Assembly: GCA_016875875.1 (NCBI GenBank)
Contig: VGOP01000006.1
Coordinates: 6,203 to 70,202 of the forward strand
Length of the DNA: 64,000 bases
Source of the DNA: Chloroflexota bacterium
GTDB taxonomy: Bacteria > Chloroflexota > Dehalococcoidia > GIF9 > UBA5629
Direction: 5' to 3'
Made by a program: the position numbers and the translations under genes. Each line of letters opens with the position of its first letter. The first letter of the stretch is position 1. The notes beneath the pieces were generated by a model. The model worked only from the letters and a program-made list of their open reading frames with translations. It did not search any database and was not told where the DNA came from. Shown here one piece after another: positions 8,375 through 19,282 of this stretch.

Positions 8375-9604
8375 TCACTCGCGAACCAGCGCTAGCAATC
8401 CAATCATCGCCAGGAATGCTAAGCCAGCTCCGAAATAGAAGGGCGCTGCCGGACTGATTGTCTGCCACAGCCATCCGGCTATGATACTGGCCGGTAAGAG
8501 AGTGATGCCAACTACACCATGAAAAAGACCATAGGCGGTGCCGCACCTGTCTTCAGGCACTAAGTCAGCGACAAAAGCTCGCGCTACACCTTCGGCAAGC
8601 CCATAGTAGACTCCATATAGGGCAAAAAGCAGCCATATATGCCACGAGGCAGATGTCACGGCGAAGCCAAGATAAACGAGAGCATAAATCAACCACCCAA
8701 GCACTATAATTCTACGTCTGCCCAACCTGTCTGACAGTATTCCAGCAGGTATGGAAACTGTTGCGTAGACGACATTAAACAGTATGAGCATCAAGAGTAT
8801 ATAGAGTACAGGGTTACCCAGGTTCTGTGCTCTCAGAATGAGAAAAGCATCGCTGGAATTGCCTAAAGTAAATAAAAACATTATGCCCAGAAAAAGCTTG
8901 AATCGATTATCAAAGCCAGTCTTCGTGTCCTGAGAGCTTTTTGGCAAACACTCAGAGTAGCTCTGCGGGCTTGAATTTTTCTTAGCCTCGCGAATAAAGA
9001 AAAAAATAAACAGCGACAGCACTGCCGGGATAATGCCAATCAGCACCAGCCACTGATAAGTGCCTCGAATCAGCTCCAGAGTACCACTCTGGAGAAAGAA
9101 GACGACAATGGCGGCAAAAACAAGCCCCATGGCAGCGCCGGAGGTATCCATAGCCCTATGAAATCCAAAGGCTTTGCCTCGCTGCTCAGCCGAAACAGAA
9201 TCGGCTACCAGCGCATCACGTGGTGCCGTGCGTACACCCTTGCCGAAGCGGTCGGCAAATCTCACCCCCAACACCAGCCCCCAGTTTGTGGCTATATACA
9301 TAAATGGTTTAGCCAGAGTAGACAACCCGTAACCGACAAAAGCTAAGAATTTACGTTTGCCCAGCCTGTCGCTGAGCCAGCCGCTGACAACTTTGAGCAA
9401 AGAGGCTGTGCTTTCAGCCACTCCCTCAATAAAGCCAATGACAACTGCAGCCGCTCCCAGTATATTGGCCAGAAACAAAGGAAGAAGTGTGAAAATCATC
9501 TCACTGCTGACATCAGTGAGAAAACTCACAAGCCCCAGGAAAAATATGTTTGGGTTAAGTCCAAAAATGCGTTTACGTTCCGTAAGTTGTTGCTGCTTCC
9601 TCAT
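8375..9604 (-). CDS. MFS transporter
   Basis: About 12 hydrophobic segments and two GxLSDRLGRR motifs; start uncertain (9604 or 9649). Confidence 0.9.
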   Translation of the reverse strand: MRKQQQLTERKRIFGLNPNIFFLGLVSFLTDVSSEMIFTLLPLFLANILGAAAVVIGFIEGVAESTASLLKVVSGWLSDRLGKRKFLAFVGYGLSTLAKPFMYIATNWGLVLGVRFADRFGKGVRTAPRDALVADSVSAEQRGKAFGFHRAMDTSGAAMGLVFAAIVVFFLQSGTLELIRGTYQWLVLIGIIPAVLSLFIFFFIREAKKNSSPQSYSECLPKSSQDTKTGFDNRFKLFLGIMFLFTLGNSSDAFLILRAQNLGNPVLYILLMLILFNVVYATVSIPAGILSDRLGRRRIIVLGWLIYALVYLGFAVTSASWHIWLLFALYGVYYGLAEGVARAFVADLVPEDRCGTAYGLFHGVVGITLLPASIIAGWLWQTISPAAPFYFGAGLAFLAMIGLLALVRE

Positions 9605-9685
9605 AAGACCATTAAGTATAGCACCCTTGTCAAGCACCTTACTATGCATGTCAGCAGCTTATTACTCAACCACTTTAAACCCCCA

Positions 9686-9885
9686 AGATTGCCACGTTTC
9701 GCTCGCAATGACAAGAGGGGGTATCATTACGATGAACGTTTTTTATTCTGTCATTGCGAGGAGTCCTTCCACGGAAGGACGACGTGGCAATCCCGGTGAT
9801 GGGGAAAACAAGATATTGACACGCGGAATTTATCCTGAGCTATACGAGATTCTTCGCCCCGATTGCATCGGGGCTCAGAATGACA
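9686..9885. repeat. Cluster of GTCATTGCGAG/CTCGCAATGAC-type palindromic repeat arms
   Basis: AGATTGCCACGTTTCGCTCGCAATGACA (9686-9713); inverted partner TGTCATTGCGAG...GACGTGGCAATC (9749-9792); variant GAGATTCTTCG...CTCAGAATGACA (9846-9885). Confidence 0.85.
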
Positions 9886-10011
9886 CTGGGTGAAGTCTTG
9901 GCAAACCAACTACTATGGTCTATAATCTGTGCCAAGAGTCATGAAGAATGCTGACACCTCATTGTGAGTTGAAATCGGAACTCCAAACTAAAGCGCTGAG
10001 GAGGTGAGACC

Positions 10012-11352
10012 ATGCCGTTCTGCAGGAAATGCGGACATGAAGTAGACAGTGATGACCAGTTCTGCTATGAATGTGGAGCCCCGGTGGGACCAACAGTCGG
10101 ACAGGCAGACAAACGAGGCAAAGTCAAAGCTCCGAAAAAGCCCACCCCACAAGAAATCACGCCAGAGCCTCTTGCAACGAAGCAAGAAGTTGTGTCAACC
10201 CCAGGAAAACCACCAATCAAACCACAGAGAGAGACCGGCAAACGTAGAATCGGGTGGCCGGTTATGAAGCCCCAGCCAATAGTCCCAACTCAAACTGTGG
10301 CCGCAGAAGAGATACCAACAGAGGCACCGAAAAAAGCCGGCAAACTTAGAATCAGGTGGCCAATTATCCTAGGGGCAGCAGTGGCGGTTGTCGCCCTGGG
10401 AGTTGCTACTTGGTGGTTCGCCTTTTCCTCACCGGGAGAGCTGGTATTTAAAGACGACTTTAGCAACACCGACAATGGCTGGTTAGTAGAATCGGGCGAC
10501 TGGGGAGGCATAGCGTATTCAAATGGCGAGCTCGCCATACACAGAAAAACGGCGTTATGGGCGTTTTCAACAAATGACAACGTAGGCGAGCAGACCGATT
10601 TCATCGTCGAGGTCGATGCCAGGAAGATACCCGAGGGAGAAGACAACACCGATTGCAGCATCCTCTTCCGATTTCAGGACAACAAGAACTTCTACGGCTT
10701 CTACGTCGCGCCAAGGGGCAATTACTCGGTGTGGAAAAAGGTGGGAGGCGAATGGACTAAGTTAATAGACTGGACAGAATCAGACTACATAAAAACCGGC
10801 ACCTCCACTAACAAGCTTAAGGTGGTCTGCCAGGGACAAAAGATGGATTTCTACATCAACGGCCACAAGGTTGACACCACCAATGACGACACCTTCATTG
10901 AAGGTAAAATCGCCATTTCGGTGACCAGTGTAGAGTCAACGCCCGCCATCGAGTACCATTTCGACAATTTCAAGCTATACAAGATAGGATTAGCCACAAT
11001 TGACAATTATCCCAATGTCACCTCCTTCTCTGTTCCTTCCACTTCGATCAAGCAAGGTGAAACTCTCACTTTCTCCTATAGCGTCTCAGATGATATTGGC
11101 TTAAAGCAGGTGGAATTATGGCGAGAGGATAGTACTGCTGGGGTGTCTTTCAGACCGATTAAGACGACCTCTGTCTCCGGTAAGAGTTATACCGGCTCCT
11201 TCTCCGATGCTCCATCTGCACCAGGTGCCTATTGGTATGGTCTACATGCGGTAGATACTAATAATGAGTGGAATTGCGAGAGAAATTCACGAACCGGTTT
11301 TTCACCAGGTGTCTATGGCCCGATACATGTGGTAGTAGAAGCATCTGAGTAA
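10012..11352 (+). CDS. Zinc-ribbon, single-TM protein with a DUF1080-like beta-sandwich and an Ig-like C-terminus
   Basis: CRKCG..FCYECG, Pro-rich linker, TM helix, FKDDFS...FYINGH...FDNF domain. Confidence 0.75.
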   Translation: MPFCRKCGHEVDSDDQFCYECGAPVGPTVGQADKRGKVKAPKKPTPQEITPEPLATKQEVVSTPGKPPIKPQRETGKRRIGWPVMKPQPIVPTQTVAAEEIPTEAPKKAGKLRIRWPIILGAAVAVVALGVATWWFAFSSPGELVFKDDFSNTDNGWLVESGDWGGIAYSNGELAIHRKTALWAFSTNDNVGEQTDFIVEVDARKIPEGEDNTDCSILFRFQDNKNFYGFYVAPRGNYSVWKKVGGEWTKLIDWTESDYIKTGTSTNKLKVVCQGQKMDFYINGHKVDTTNDDTFIEGKIAISVTSVESTPAIEYHFDNFKLYKIGLATIDNYPNVTSFSVPSTSIKQGETLTFSYSVSDDIGLKQVELWREDSTAGVSFRPIKTTSVSGKSYTGSFSDAPSAPGAYWYGLHAVDTNNEWNCERNSRTGFSPGVYGPIHVVVEASE

Positions 11353-11437
11353 TCTAATATCTAAAGAAATAATTATATGATGACCTTTCTGTTAGTTGAA
11401 ATCGGAAATCAAAACTAAGCGCCGAGGAGGTGAGACC

Positions 11438-13399
11438 ATGCCATTCTGTAAGAAATGTGGATATGAAATATACAGCGACGACCAGTTCTGTTATCGCTGT
11501 GGTGCCCCAATGGGACCGACACCCAAGCGAGTCAAAGCCAGGGCTCCGGCAAAGCCCCAGCCAATAACCCCCACTGAAACTGCGCCCGTACATGAGATAC
11601 CGACCGAAGCACCGAAAAAAGCTGGCAAATTTAGACTTAGGTGGCTAGTTATATCAGTGGCAGCGGTAGTAGTTGTCGGCTTGGGAATTGCCGCTTGGTG
11701 GTGGTTTGCCGGCTCCGCCCCAGAAAAGCTGGTATTTAAGGACGACTTCGGCAACACTGGCAGCGGCTGGTGGGTGAGTTCAGGTGACTGGGGAAGCACA
11801 GGATATTCGAACGGCGAGTTGAAGATGCAGAGGAAAACCGCAGGCTGGGGGTATGCAGACAACGAAAATATAGGCCGGCAGACCGATTTCATCGTCGAAG
11901 TCGCTGCTAGGAAAATACCCGAGGGAGAAGACACCACCGATTGCAGCATCCTCTTCCGGCTTCAGGACAACAATAACCTCTACGGGTTCTACGTCCAGCC
12001 AAGGGGCAAGTACTCGGTGTGGAAAAGGGTGGAAGGCAAATGGACTGTATTGATAGACTGGGCCGAATCAGACTACATAAAAACCGGCACCTCCACAAAC
12101 AAGCTTAAGGTGGTCTGCCAAGGACAAAAGATGGATTTCTACATCAACGGCCACAAGGTCAATACCATCAAGGACAACACCTTCGTCTCAGGCCAAATCG
12201 CCCTATCTGTGTACAGCGAAGAGTCCACCCCCACAACGGAATACCGTTTCGACAATTTCAGGGTCTACGCCCTCAAGACACCAGTCGAGAAAGAGCCGAG
12301 CGGAAAGCCGCTGTTCGAAGACGACTTCAGCAGCTCCAACAGCGGCTGGTGGGTTGGTTCAGGCGATTGGGGAGGCGTGGCATATTCGAATGGCGAGCTA
12401 GTCATGTACAGAAAAGAGGGAGGTAACTGGACATATACAACAAATGAAAACATAAGCCAACAGACCGATTTCGCCGTTGAAGTCGATGCTAGGAAGATAC
12501 CCGAAGGCATGGATTTTAACTATTGTGGCATTCTTTTCCGGTTTCAAGATGCAGACAACTACTACGGGTTTTTTGTCAACAGCAAGGGCGAATACGATAT
12601 AGGAAAGTCAGTTAGTGGACAATTCAGCAAGCTTAAAGACTGGACACGATCAGACTACATTAAGACCGGCACATCCACCAATAAGCTCAAGGTCGTCTGC
12701 AAGGGGACCACAATCGAGGTCTACGCCAACGGTCACAAACTTGCCACCGTTGAAGACAACAGCTTATCCGCAGGAGAAATCGCACTGGAAGTCTTTACCA
12801 ACGAGTCCACCCCCACAACGGAATACCGTTTCGACAATCTCAAGCTGTATCCGGCAGGAGCACTGGGGGAAACGTCCGTCACTGAACCAACTGCCTCCGA
12901 GGCCACATCTGCCGAAGAAGCAGCATCTGAAGGCACTTCAACTGAATCCACCGGCGAATGGCTCCTATATTCAAGTGATGCCTTCGGATTCTCCGTTGAA
13001 TATCCCTCATCCTGGTCGCTGAATACGTTTATGGAATTCCTAGGGACTGTCCTCATAACAGAGCCAGGCGGCAAAGCAGTTATCAGTACATCCGTCCTAC
13101 CTGTAGGGAGCGTTATACTGGATGATCTTGTCAGTGGGATAACAGACTACCAAAAACAGAACGATTTCTACTATGAACTTATTTCCAACAACCCTGTAAC
13201 TCACCAGGGAATTAGCGCCAGAATTGTAGAGTGCGTGTATCAAGAGGAGGCAGAAAAACCCAGGTACAGAAGCAGCCAGCTATTTACAATCGTCGATGGA
13301 ATGAAATATAGCATCGAGCTGAGAGTGACGCCACCGGCAGACTACGGTTCCTACTCCCAGTTATTCCAGAAGGTTATGGCAAGCTTTCACGTTCCTTAG
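11438..13399 (+). CDS. Paralog: zinc-ribbon, TM, two DUF1080-like domains, PsbP-like C-terminus
   Basis: Same N-terminus; GGAGG before ATG 11438; two DDF...FDN domains; GFSVEYPSSW tail. Confidence 0.75.
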   Translation: MPFCKKCGYEIYSDDQFCYRCGAPMGPTPKRVKARAPAKPQPITPTETAPVHEIPTEAPKKAGKFRLRWLVISVAAVVVVGLGIAAWWWFAGSAPEKLVFKDDFGNTGSGWWVSSGDWGSTGYSNGELKMQRKTAGWGYADNENIGRQTDFIVEVAARKIPEGEDTTDCSILFRLQDNNNLYGFYVQPRGKYSVWKRVEGKWTVLIDWAESDYIKTGTSTNKLKVVCQGQKMDFYINGHKVNTIKDNTFVSGQIALSVYSEESTPTTEYRFDNFRVYALKTPVEKEPSGKPLFEDDFSSSNSGWWVGSGDWGGVAYSNGELVMYRKEGGNWTYTTNENISQQTDFAVEVDARKIPEGMDFNYCGILFRFQDADNYYGFFVNSKGEYDIGKSVSGQFSKLKDWTRSDYIKTGTSTNKLKVVCKGTTIEVYANGHKLATVEDNSLSAGEIALEVFTNESTPTTEYRFDNLKLYPAGALGETSVTEPTASEATSAEEAASEGTSTESTGEWLLYSSDAFGFSVEYPSSWSLNTFMEFLGTVLITEPGGKAVISTSVLPVGSVILDDLVSGITDYQKQNDFYYELISNNPVTHQGISARIVECVYQEEAEKPRYRSSQLFTIVDGMKYSIELRVTPPADYGSYSQLFQKVMASFHVP

Positions 13400-13682
13400 C
13401 TAGACCTCTTGCTGAAGCTTCTCACCGGCCCAAGAGAAAAGACGTTGGGGCTAAGGCTAAAGATGCGCTTTCGTTTAGCCACTTGCAGTCGCCTTTCCGC
13501 AAAATTGTAACCGTTTAGTATGGCACTTTTACCAAGTGCGCCGCTTGCGATCAACCTGTTAAAAAATTCACCCTTTCCTCTCCCATCAAGGGAGAAGGAA
13601 ATTTAATATACCGCAGAGATTGACCACGAATGCTTTTTTTGCTAAACTACCGTTTTGGTTATTCAAGTCCGCGGAGAGCCAA

Positions 13683-14132
13683 GTGCCTGATGAACTAGCT
13701 AAGATAGTGGCTGAATACAAGGGGGAAAAGGGCGCATTAATTCCAATCCTACAAAAAGTCCAGGAAAAATTCGGTTATCTATCTGAAGAGGCAATTTCAG
13801 AGATAGCTAAATCATCACGAATGTCGGAAAGCGAAGTCTTTGGAGTTGCATCTTTTTATGCCCAATTTTATTTCACTCGCCGTGGCCAGCACACCGTGAA
13901 AGTCTGCTTAGGCACTGCATGTCATGTCCGCGGAGGTGAGAAAATTCTGGACGAAATCAAGAGGGAACTTGGTGTTGAATCCGGTGGCACAACAGAAGAC
14001 TACAAATTCAGCTTAGAGAGAGTAGCCTGCTTCGGTTCCTGTGCTCTAGCTCCGGTATTGGTGATAAACAAAGATGTTTATGGACGGATGACAGTTGCCA
14101 AGTCAAAAGAGACTGTAAACAAATACCGATGA
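13683..14132 (+). CDS. NuoE/HydC-like [2Fe-2S] subunit
   Basis: VCLGTACH...ACFGSC; GTG start at 13683 after GGAG. Confidence 0.92.
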   Translation: MPDELAKIVAEYKGEKGALIPILQKVQEKFGYLSEEAISEIAKSSRMSESEVFGVASFYAQFYFTRRGQHTVKVCLGTACHVRGGEKILDEIKRELGVESGGTTEDYKFSLERVACFGSCALAPVLVINKDVYGRMTVAKSKETVNKYR

Positions 14133-14144
14133 AGGCCTAGTGTC

Positions 14145-16055
14145 ATGACTTTCGAGAAAATCCACAAACAAGCAGTCTCAGAGTGGGAAGCGCTGCAATC
14201 AAGTAGTAAGCCGCGGCTCTTGGTGGGTGCCGGTACCTGTGGTAGTGCCGCTGGAGCCATGGATGTTCTCAAAGTTATTAATGAAGAACTGGCACGACAA
14301 AACATAGAGGCTATTGTTATCCAGGTCGGCTGCATGGGGTTATGTTTCGCCGAACCGATGATGGGCATAGTTAAGCCGGGGCACCCACAAGTCATCTACG
14401 GCAATTTAACACCTGAGATTGCTACTCAGATTGTTAAGGACTACCTGGTAGCCGATAACCCTCGTGCTGATTTAGCTCTAGGTTACGCGGGTGACGGCAA
14501 GGCTGATGGCATTCCCAACTTGTTCGAACTACCAGTGCTCAAGCCACAGGTCCGCGTAGTTCTGCACAACTGCGGTTTCATCGACCCCGAGAACATAAAC
14601 CACTACATCGCTAACGGTGGCTACAGTGGGCTGGTCAAGGCATTAAAGATGTCCCCAGAAGCAATAATTGAAGAGATTAAGAAGTCAGGCTTGCGTGGCA
14701 GAGGCGGCGCCGGTTTCTCAACAGGGCAGAAATGGGATTTCTGCCGGAAAGCACCGGGGAGAGAAAAATATATAATTTGCAATGCCGACGAAGGTGACCC
14801 GGGCGCCTTCATGAACCGCTCACTACTAGAAGGTGACCCTCATTCAGTCCTGGAGGGGATGGCTATCGGGGCTTACACCATAGGAGCCAACCAAGGCTAT
14901 ATTTACTGTCGTGCCGAATACCCATTAGCTCTGGAAAGACTGAGGCTAGCTCTACGGCAAATGGAAGAGTATGGCTTTATTGGAGATAACATACTTGGCT
15001 CCGGCTTCGATTTTCACCTAAAGATTAAAGAGGGAGCAGGGGCGTTTGTTTGCGGTGAAGAAACAGCTTTGATGGCCTCCATAGAAGGTAAGCGGGGAAT
15101 GCCTCGGTCACGACCTCCCTTTCCAGCAATATCAGGATTGTGGGGCAAGCCGACAAATATTAATAATGTGGAAACCTGGGCAGACACAGCACGTATCTTG
15201 CAAAAAGGCAGCGAATGGTATGCCGGGTATGGCTCAGAAAAAAGCAAAGGAACGAAGACCTTTGCCCTTGTAGGAAAGGTTGAGCGCACCGGGCTTATCG
15301 AAGTACCCCTAGGCATCACCTTGCGTCAAATAATATACGAAATCGGCGGTGGAATACTCAAAGGCAAGGAGTTCAAAGCCGTGCAAACCGGCGGCCCTTC
15401 AGGAGGCTGCCTGCCACCATCAATGCTCGATTCACCTGTTGACTATGAATCGCTAGCTGCTGCCGGCTCAATCATGGGCTCAGGCGGCATGATTGTTGCC
15501 GACGAAGACACCTGCATGGTCGATCTGACAAAGTACTTCCTTAATTTCACACAGGCTGAATCCTGCGGTAAATGTCCACCCTGCCGGGTTGGTACACGGC
15601 AAATGCTGGGCATTCTGGACCGCATTACTCGAGGCGAAGGCAAACCCGAAGATATAGCGCAGCTTGAGAGGATAGCCATAACAGTGAAGCAAGGCTCACT
15701 CTGTGGCTTAGGTCAAACCGCCCCTAACCCGGTGCTGACCACCATCCGCTATTTCCGCAATGAATACGAGGCTCACATTAATGAGAAGCGCTGCCCGGCC
15801 CGGGTATGTAAGAATTTGATTTCGTTCTATATTTTGCCGGACAAATGTCAAGGTTGCATGATCTGCCTCAGAGCCTGTCCTGTGGAGGCAATCACTGGTG
15901 ACAAAAGAATGATTCACATCATCGACCAGGATAAATGTATTAAATGCGGGACATGCACTGATGTCTGCCCACCACGCTTTGCTGCCATAACAAAGGTTTC
16001 AGGTGAGCAAATCGAAGTCCCTCAGCAGCCAGTACCTATCGAGGCATCTGCTTAA
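14145..16055 (+). CDS. NuoF/HydB-like FMN/NADH subunit (long, bifurcating-type architecture)
   Basis: GRGGAGF, NADEGDPGAFM, CGEETAL, ESCGKCxxC, C-terminal 2x[4Fe-4S]. Confidence 0.93.
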   Translation: MTFEKIHKQAVSEWEALQSSSKPRLLVGAGTCGSAAGAMDVLKVINEELARQNIEAIVIQVGCMGLCFAEPMMGIVKPGHPQVIYGNLTPEIATQIVKDYLVADNPRADLALGYAGDGKADGIPNLFELPVLKPQVRVVLHNCGFIDPENINHYIANGGYSGLVKALKMSPEAIIEEIKKSGLRGRGGAGFSTGQKWDFCRKAPGREKYIICNADEGDPGAFMNRSLLEGDPHSVLEGMAIGAYTIGANQGYIYCRAEYPLALERLRLALRQMEEYGFIGDNILGSGFDFHLKIKEGAGAFVCGEETALMASIEGKRGMPRSRPPFPAISGLWGKPTNINNVETWADTARILQKGSEWYAGYGSEKSKGTKTFALVGKVERTGLIEVPLGITLRQIIYEIGGGILKGKEFKAVQTGGPSGGCLPPSMLDSPVDYESLAAAGSIMGSGGMIVADEDTCMVDLTKYFLNFTQAESCGKCPPCRVGTRQMLGILDRITRGEGKPEDIAQLERIAITVKQGSLCGLGQTAPNPVLTTIRYFRNEYEAHINEKRCPARVCKNLISFYILPDKCQGCMICLRACPVEAITGDKRMIHIIDQDKCIKCGTCTDVCPPRFAAITKVSGEQIEVPQQPVPIEASA

Positions 16056-16066
16056 CAGGAGCTAGT

Positions 16067-18766
16067 ATGATTGTCGGCGAAGAGACTAGAATTATGAACC
16101 TGACTATAGACGAGCAGCAGGTCAATGTAAAGGAGGGTGCCACAGTACTTGAGGCAGCCCGACAGGCAGGAATATATATTCCAACATTGTGTTATCATCC
16201 CAGCCTTACTCCATACGGAGCCTGCCGCTTGTGCATCGTAGAGATTGAGAATTTGCGTGGTTTTCCCACGGCCTGTACTACGCCGGTAACTGAAGGCATG
16301 GTGGTAAGAACCAATACTCCACAGCTCCAGGAGCTTAGACGAAGTATCTTTGAACTTATTCTGGCAGAACATCCCAAGCAATGCCTTACCTGCTCTAAGA
16401 ATTTGCGTTGCGAGCTACAAGAGATTGCCTCCCGCATTGGAGTGGAGGAGATTACTCTCTCCCCTATCCGCAAGGAGCTACCGGTTTACCAGGACAGCCC
16501 ATTTTTCGACCGCGATTACAATCTTTGCATACTCTGCGGCCGTTGCGTCCGAGTATGTCAAGAGGTTAGAGGAGCTGGAGCAATTACCTTTACCTATCGA
16601 GGCAGCCAGGCATTAGTCGGCACTGCTTTTGACAAGACATTGGAAGACTCAGGATGTCAATTCTGCGGGGCTTGTGTTGATATCTGTCCCACCGGCGCCC
16701 TGATGGACCGCTACAGCAAGTGGCTGGGGCTACCTGAACGCTCAGTAATTACCACCTGCCCCTACTGTGGAGTTGGTTGCCAGTTAAGCCTCGAAGTAAA
16801 TGGAGGCAAGGTTGTCCGTTCAGTACCCGTCCTGGAAAATTCAGTAAATCAAGGACAGGCCTGTGTCAAAGGGCGTTTTGGCATTGCTGAGTTTGTCCAT
16901 CATACTGAACGCTTGACCACACCCTTAATACGAAAGAACGGTGAACTTGTTGAGGCAAGCTGGGATGAGGCCTTAGACTTAATAGCAGACAAGCTGGGCA
17001 GATACAAAGGAGACCAATTCGCCTTTATCGCCTCAGCTAAGTGCACCAATGAAGAAAACTATGTGGCACAAAAATTCACACGCATAGTAATGCAGACCAA
17101 CAATGTGGACCACTGTGCCCGTCTCTGACATTCCCCCACGGTGGCCGGTCTGGCCGCCAGTTTCGGTAGCGGTGCTATGACCAACTCTATCAGCGAAATC
17201 AAAGATGCTGCCTGTATCTTAGTCATCGGCAGCAATACCAGCGCCGGTCATCCGGTTATTGCACTGGAAATAAAGAAGGCAGTGCGCGATGGTGGCAGAC
17301 TTATCGTTGCCAATCCTCGAGAGATTGAGCTTTGCCGCTATGCTGATATATGGCTGAGACACCTTCCGGGCAGTGACGTTGCCCTGCTCATGGGCATGAT
17401 GAAGGTTATTTCAGACGAAGAACTGGCTGAGCTACCCTTTATCAGCGAATGCTGTGACAATTTCGACAACTTCAAGGAATCGCTGAAGAATTTTGACCTT
17501 GACTTCGTAGAAAAGGCTACTGGTGTGCCACAAAACACTATAATCGAGGCAGCTCGATTATATGCCACGTGCAAACCGGCAACCATAATTTATGCCATGG
17601 GCATTACCCAGCACAGCCATGGTACTGACAACGTACTGGCAGTCGCTAACCTGGCTATGTTGACCGGCAATATGGGCAGGCCTTCAACCGGTGTAAATCC
17701 ACTGCGGGGGCAGAACAATGTCCAGGGTGCCTGTGACATGGGCGCCTTGCCCAACGTTTACACCGGCTATCAAAGGGTTGACAATCCTGACATTCAAAAG
17801 AAGTTTGAAATCGCCTGGAGAAGTGACTTGAGTCCAACTCCGGGATTAACCTTAACAGAGATGCTCGATGCTGCTTGCGATGGGAAGATTAAAGCAATTT
17901 ACGTAATGGGCGAGAATCCGATATTGAGCGATGCTGACGCCAACCACACTGAGAAGGCACTGAAAAAGCTAGAACTCTTAATAGTTCAAGACCTTTTCCT
18001 GACCGAGACCGCACGGCTGGCAGATGTAGTTTTGCCAGCAGTCAGCTTCGCCGAAAAGGATGGCACTTTCACCAATACCGAACGGCGCATACAACGAGTG
18101 AAAAAGGCAATCGAACCTGTAGGCAACTCCAAGCCTGACTGGTGGATTATATGCCAGCTGGCCAGGAGAATGGGTGCCCAGAATTTCGACTTCGAGAACC
18201 CATCTGAAGTGATGGAGGAAATCGCCAGATTGACGCCCAGCTATGGAGGCGTCAGCTACGAACGCCTGGAAGAATGTGGACTGCAATGGCCTTGTCCAAC
18301 TAAAGACCACCCAGGGACACCTATATTGCACGTAGGTAGATTCGTCTGCGGCCTGGGAAAATTCACACCGCTGCAATATAAGCCACCTGCTGAGCTACCT
18401 GACAAAGAATATCCGCTCATGCTTACCACGGGGCGCAGCCTGTATCACTATCACACTGGCACCATGACACGGAAGATCACCGGCCTCAATGCCCTTGAAC
18501 CAGAGGGGGTAGTAGAGATAAATCCGTCGAATGCTTCTTCCCTGAAAATTAAGGATGGCAATATAGTCAAAGTGGTTTCACGTCGCGGTGAATTAACAGC
18601 CAAGGCAAAAGTAACTGAGAAGTCACCACAAAATGTTGTTTACATGACCTTCCATTTCGCTGAGAGCGCAGTCAATCTACTGACTAACCCGGCATTAGAC
18701 CCAATAGCCAAAATCCCAGAACTGAAAGTATGCGCCGTCAAAATTGAAAAAGCGCCCAAGAAATAA
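16067..18766 (+). CDS. fdhA: Selenocysteine-containing Mo/W formate dehydrogenase alpha subunit with N-terminal FeS domains
   Basis: ORFs 16067-17128 and 17141-18766 are in frame across TGA 17126-17128, giving DHCARL-U-HSPTV; also CPYCGVGC and LRGQNNVQG; no Tat signal. Confidence 0.93.
17140..17158 (+). promoter_or_regulatory. Bacterial SECIS hairpin
   Basis: GGTGGCC-GGTCT-GGCCGCC begins 11 nt after the in-frame TGA. Confidence 0.75.
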
Positions 18767-18796
18767 ATACACGGAGCTGCCGGGATAATAAAGATT

Positions 18797-19282
18797 ATGT
18801 CAACTGATTTAAGAAAACAAATGCGTGAGCTACTTGACCCTTTGCAGGGGCACAAAGTCATTCTAATACCAGCTCTCCAGGCTGTGCAAGAGAAATTTGG
18901 CTATTTGCCTGAAGCGGCCATGGAGGAAATCGGACGCGTGGCTGGCGTGTCGCCAAACGTGGTCTACGGAGTAGCCAGCTTCTACGCACAGTTCAGGACA
19001 ACTCCCGTAGGCAAAAAACATGTTACAGTATGCCAGGGCACTGCATGCCACGTGCGCGGCGCCGCCCGAATTCTGGAAGCTATTGAACGTGCTCTGGATA
19101 TTAAAGCAGGTGAAACAACCCCCGACCTAGGGTATAGCCTGGAAACAGTTGCCTGCATAGGAGCCTGCGCACTTGCCCCTACACTGAGAGTAAACGAGGA
19201 CACCCATGGCAAGTTAACTACGAACGATATCGAAAAACTTTTCTCGAAAATTGCTAGACAAGAGGAGACTTCTGACTCGTAA
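18797..19282 (+). CDS. Second NuoE/HydC-like subunit
   Basis: VCQGTACH...ACIGAC. Confidence 0.92.
   Translation: MSTDLRKQMRELLDPLQGHKVILIPALQAVQEKFGYLPEAAMEEIGRVAGVSPNVVYGVASFYAQFRTTPVGKKHVTVCQGTACHVRGAARILEAIERALDIKAGETTPDLGYSLETVACIGACALAPTLRVNEDTHGKLTTNDIEKLFSKIARQEETSDS

Noticed and set aside
16067-18766. FDH pseudogene or two separate genes
   Set aside because: The TGA is in frame at the Sec position and followed by a SECIS-like hairpin.
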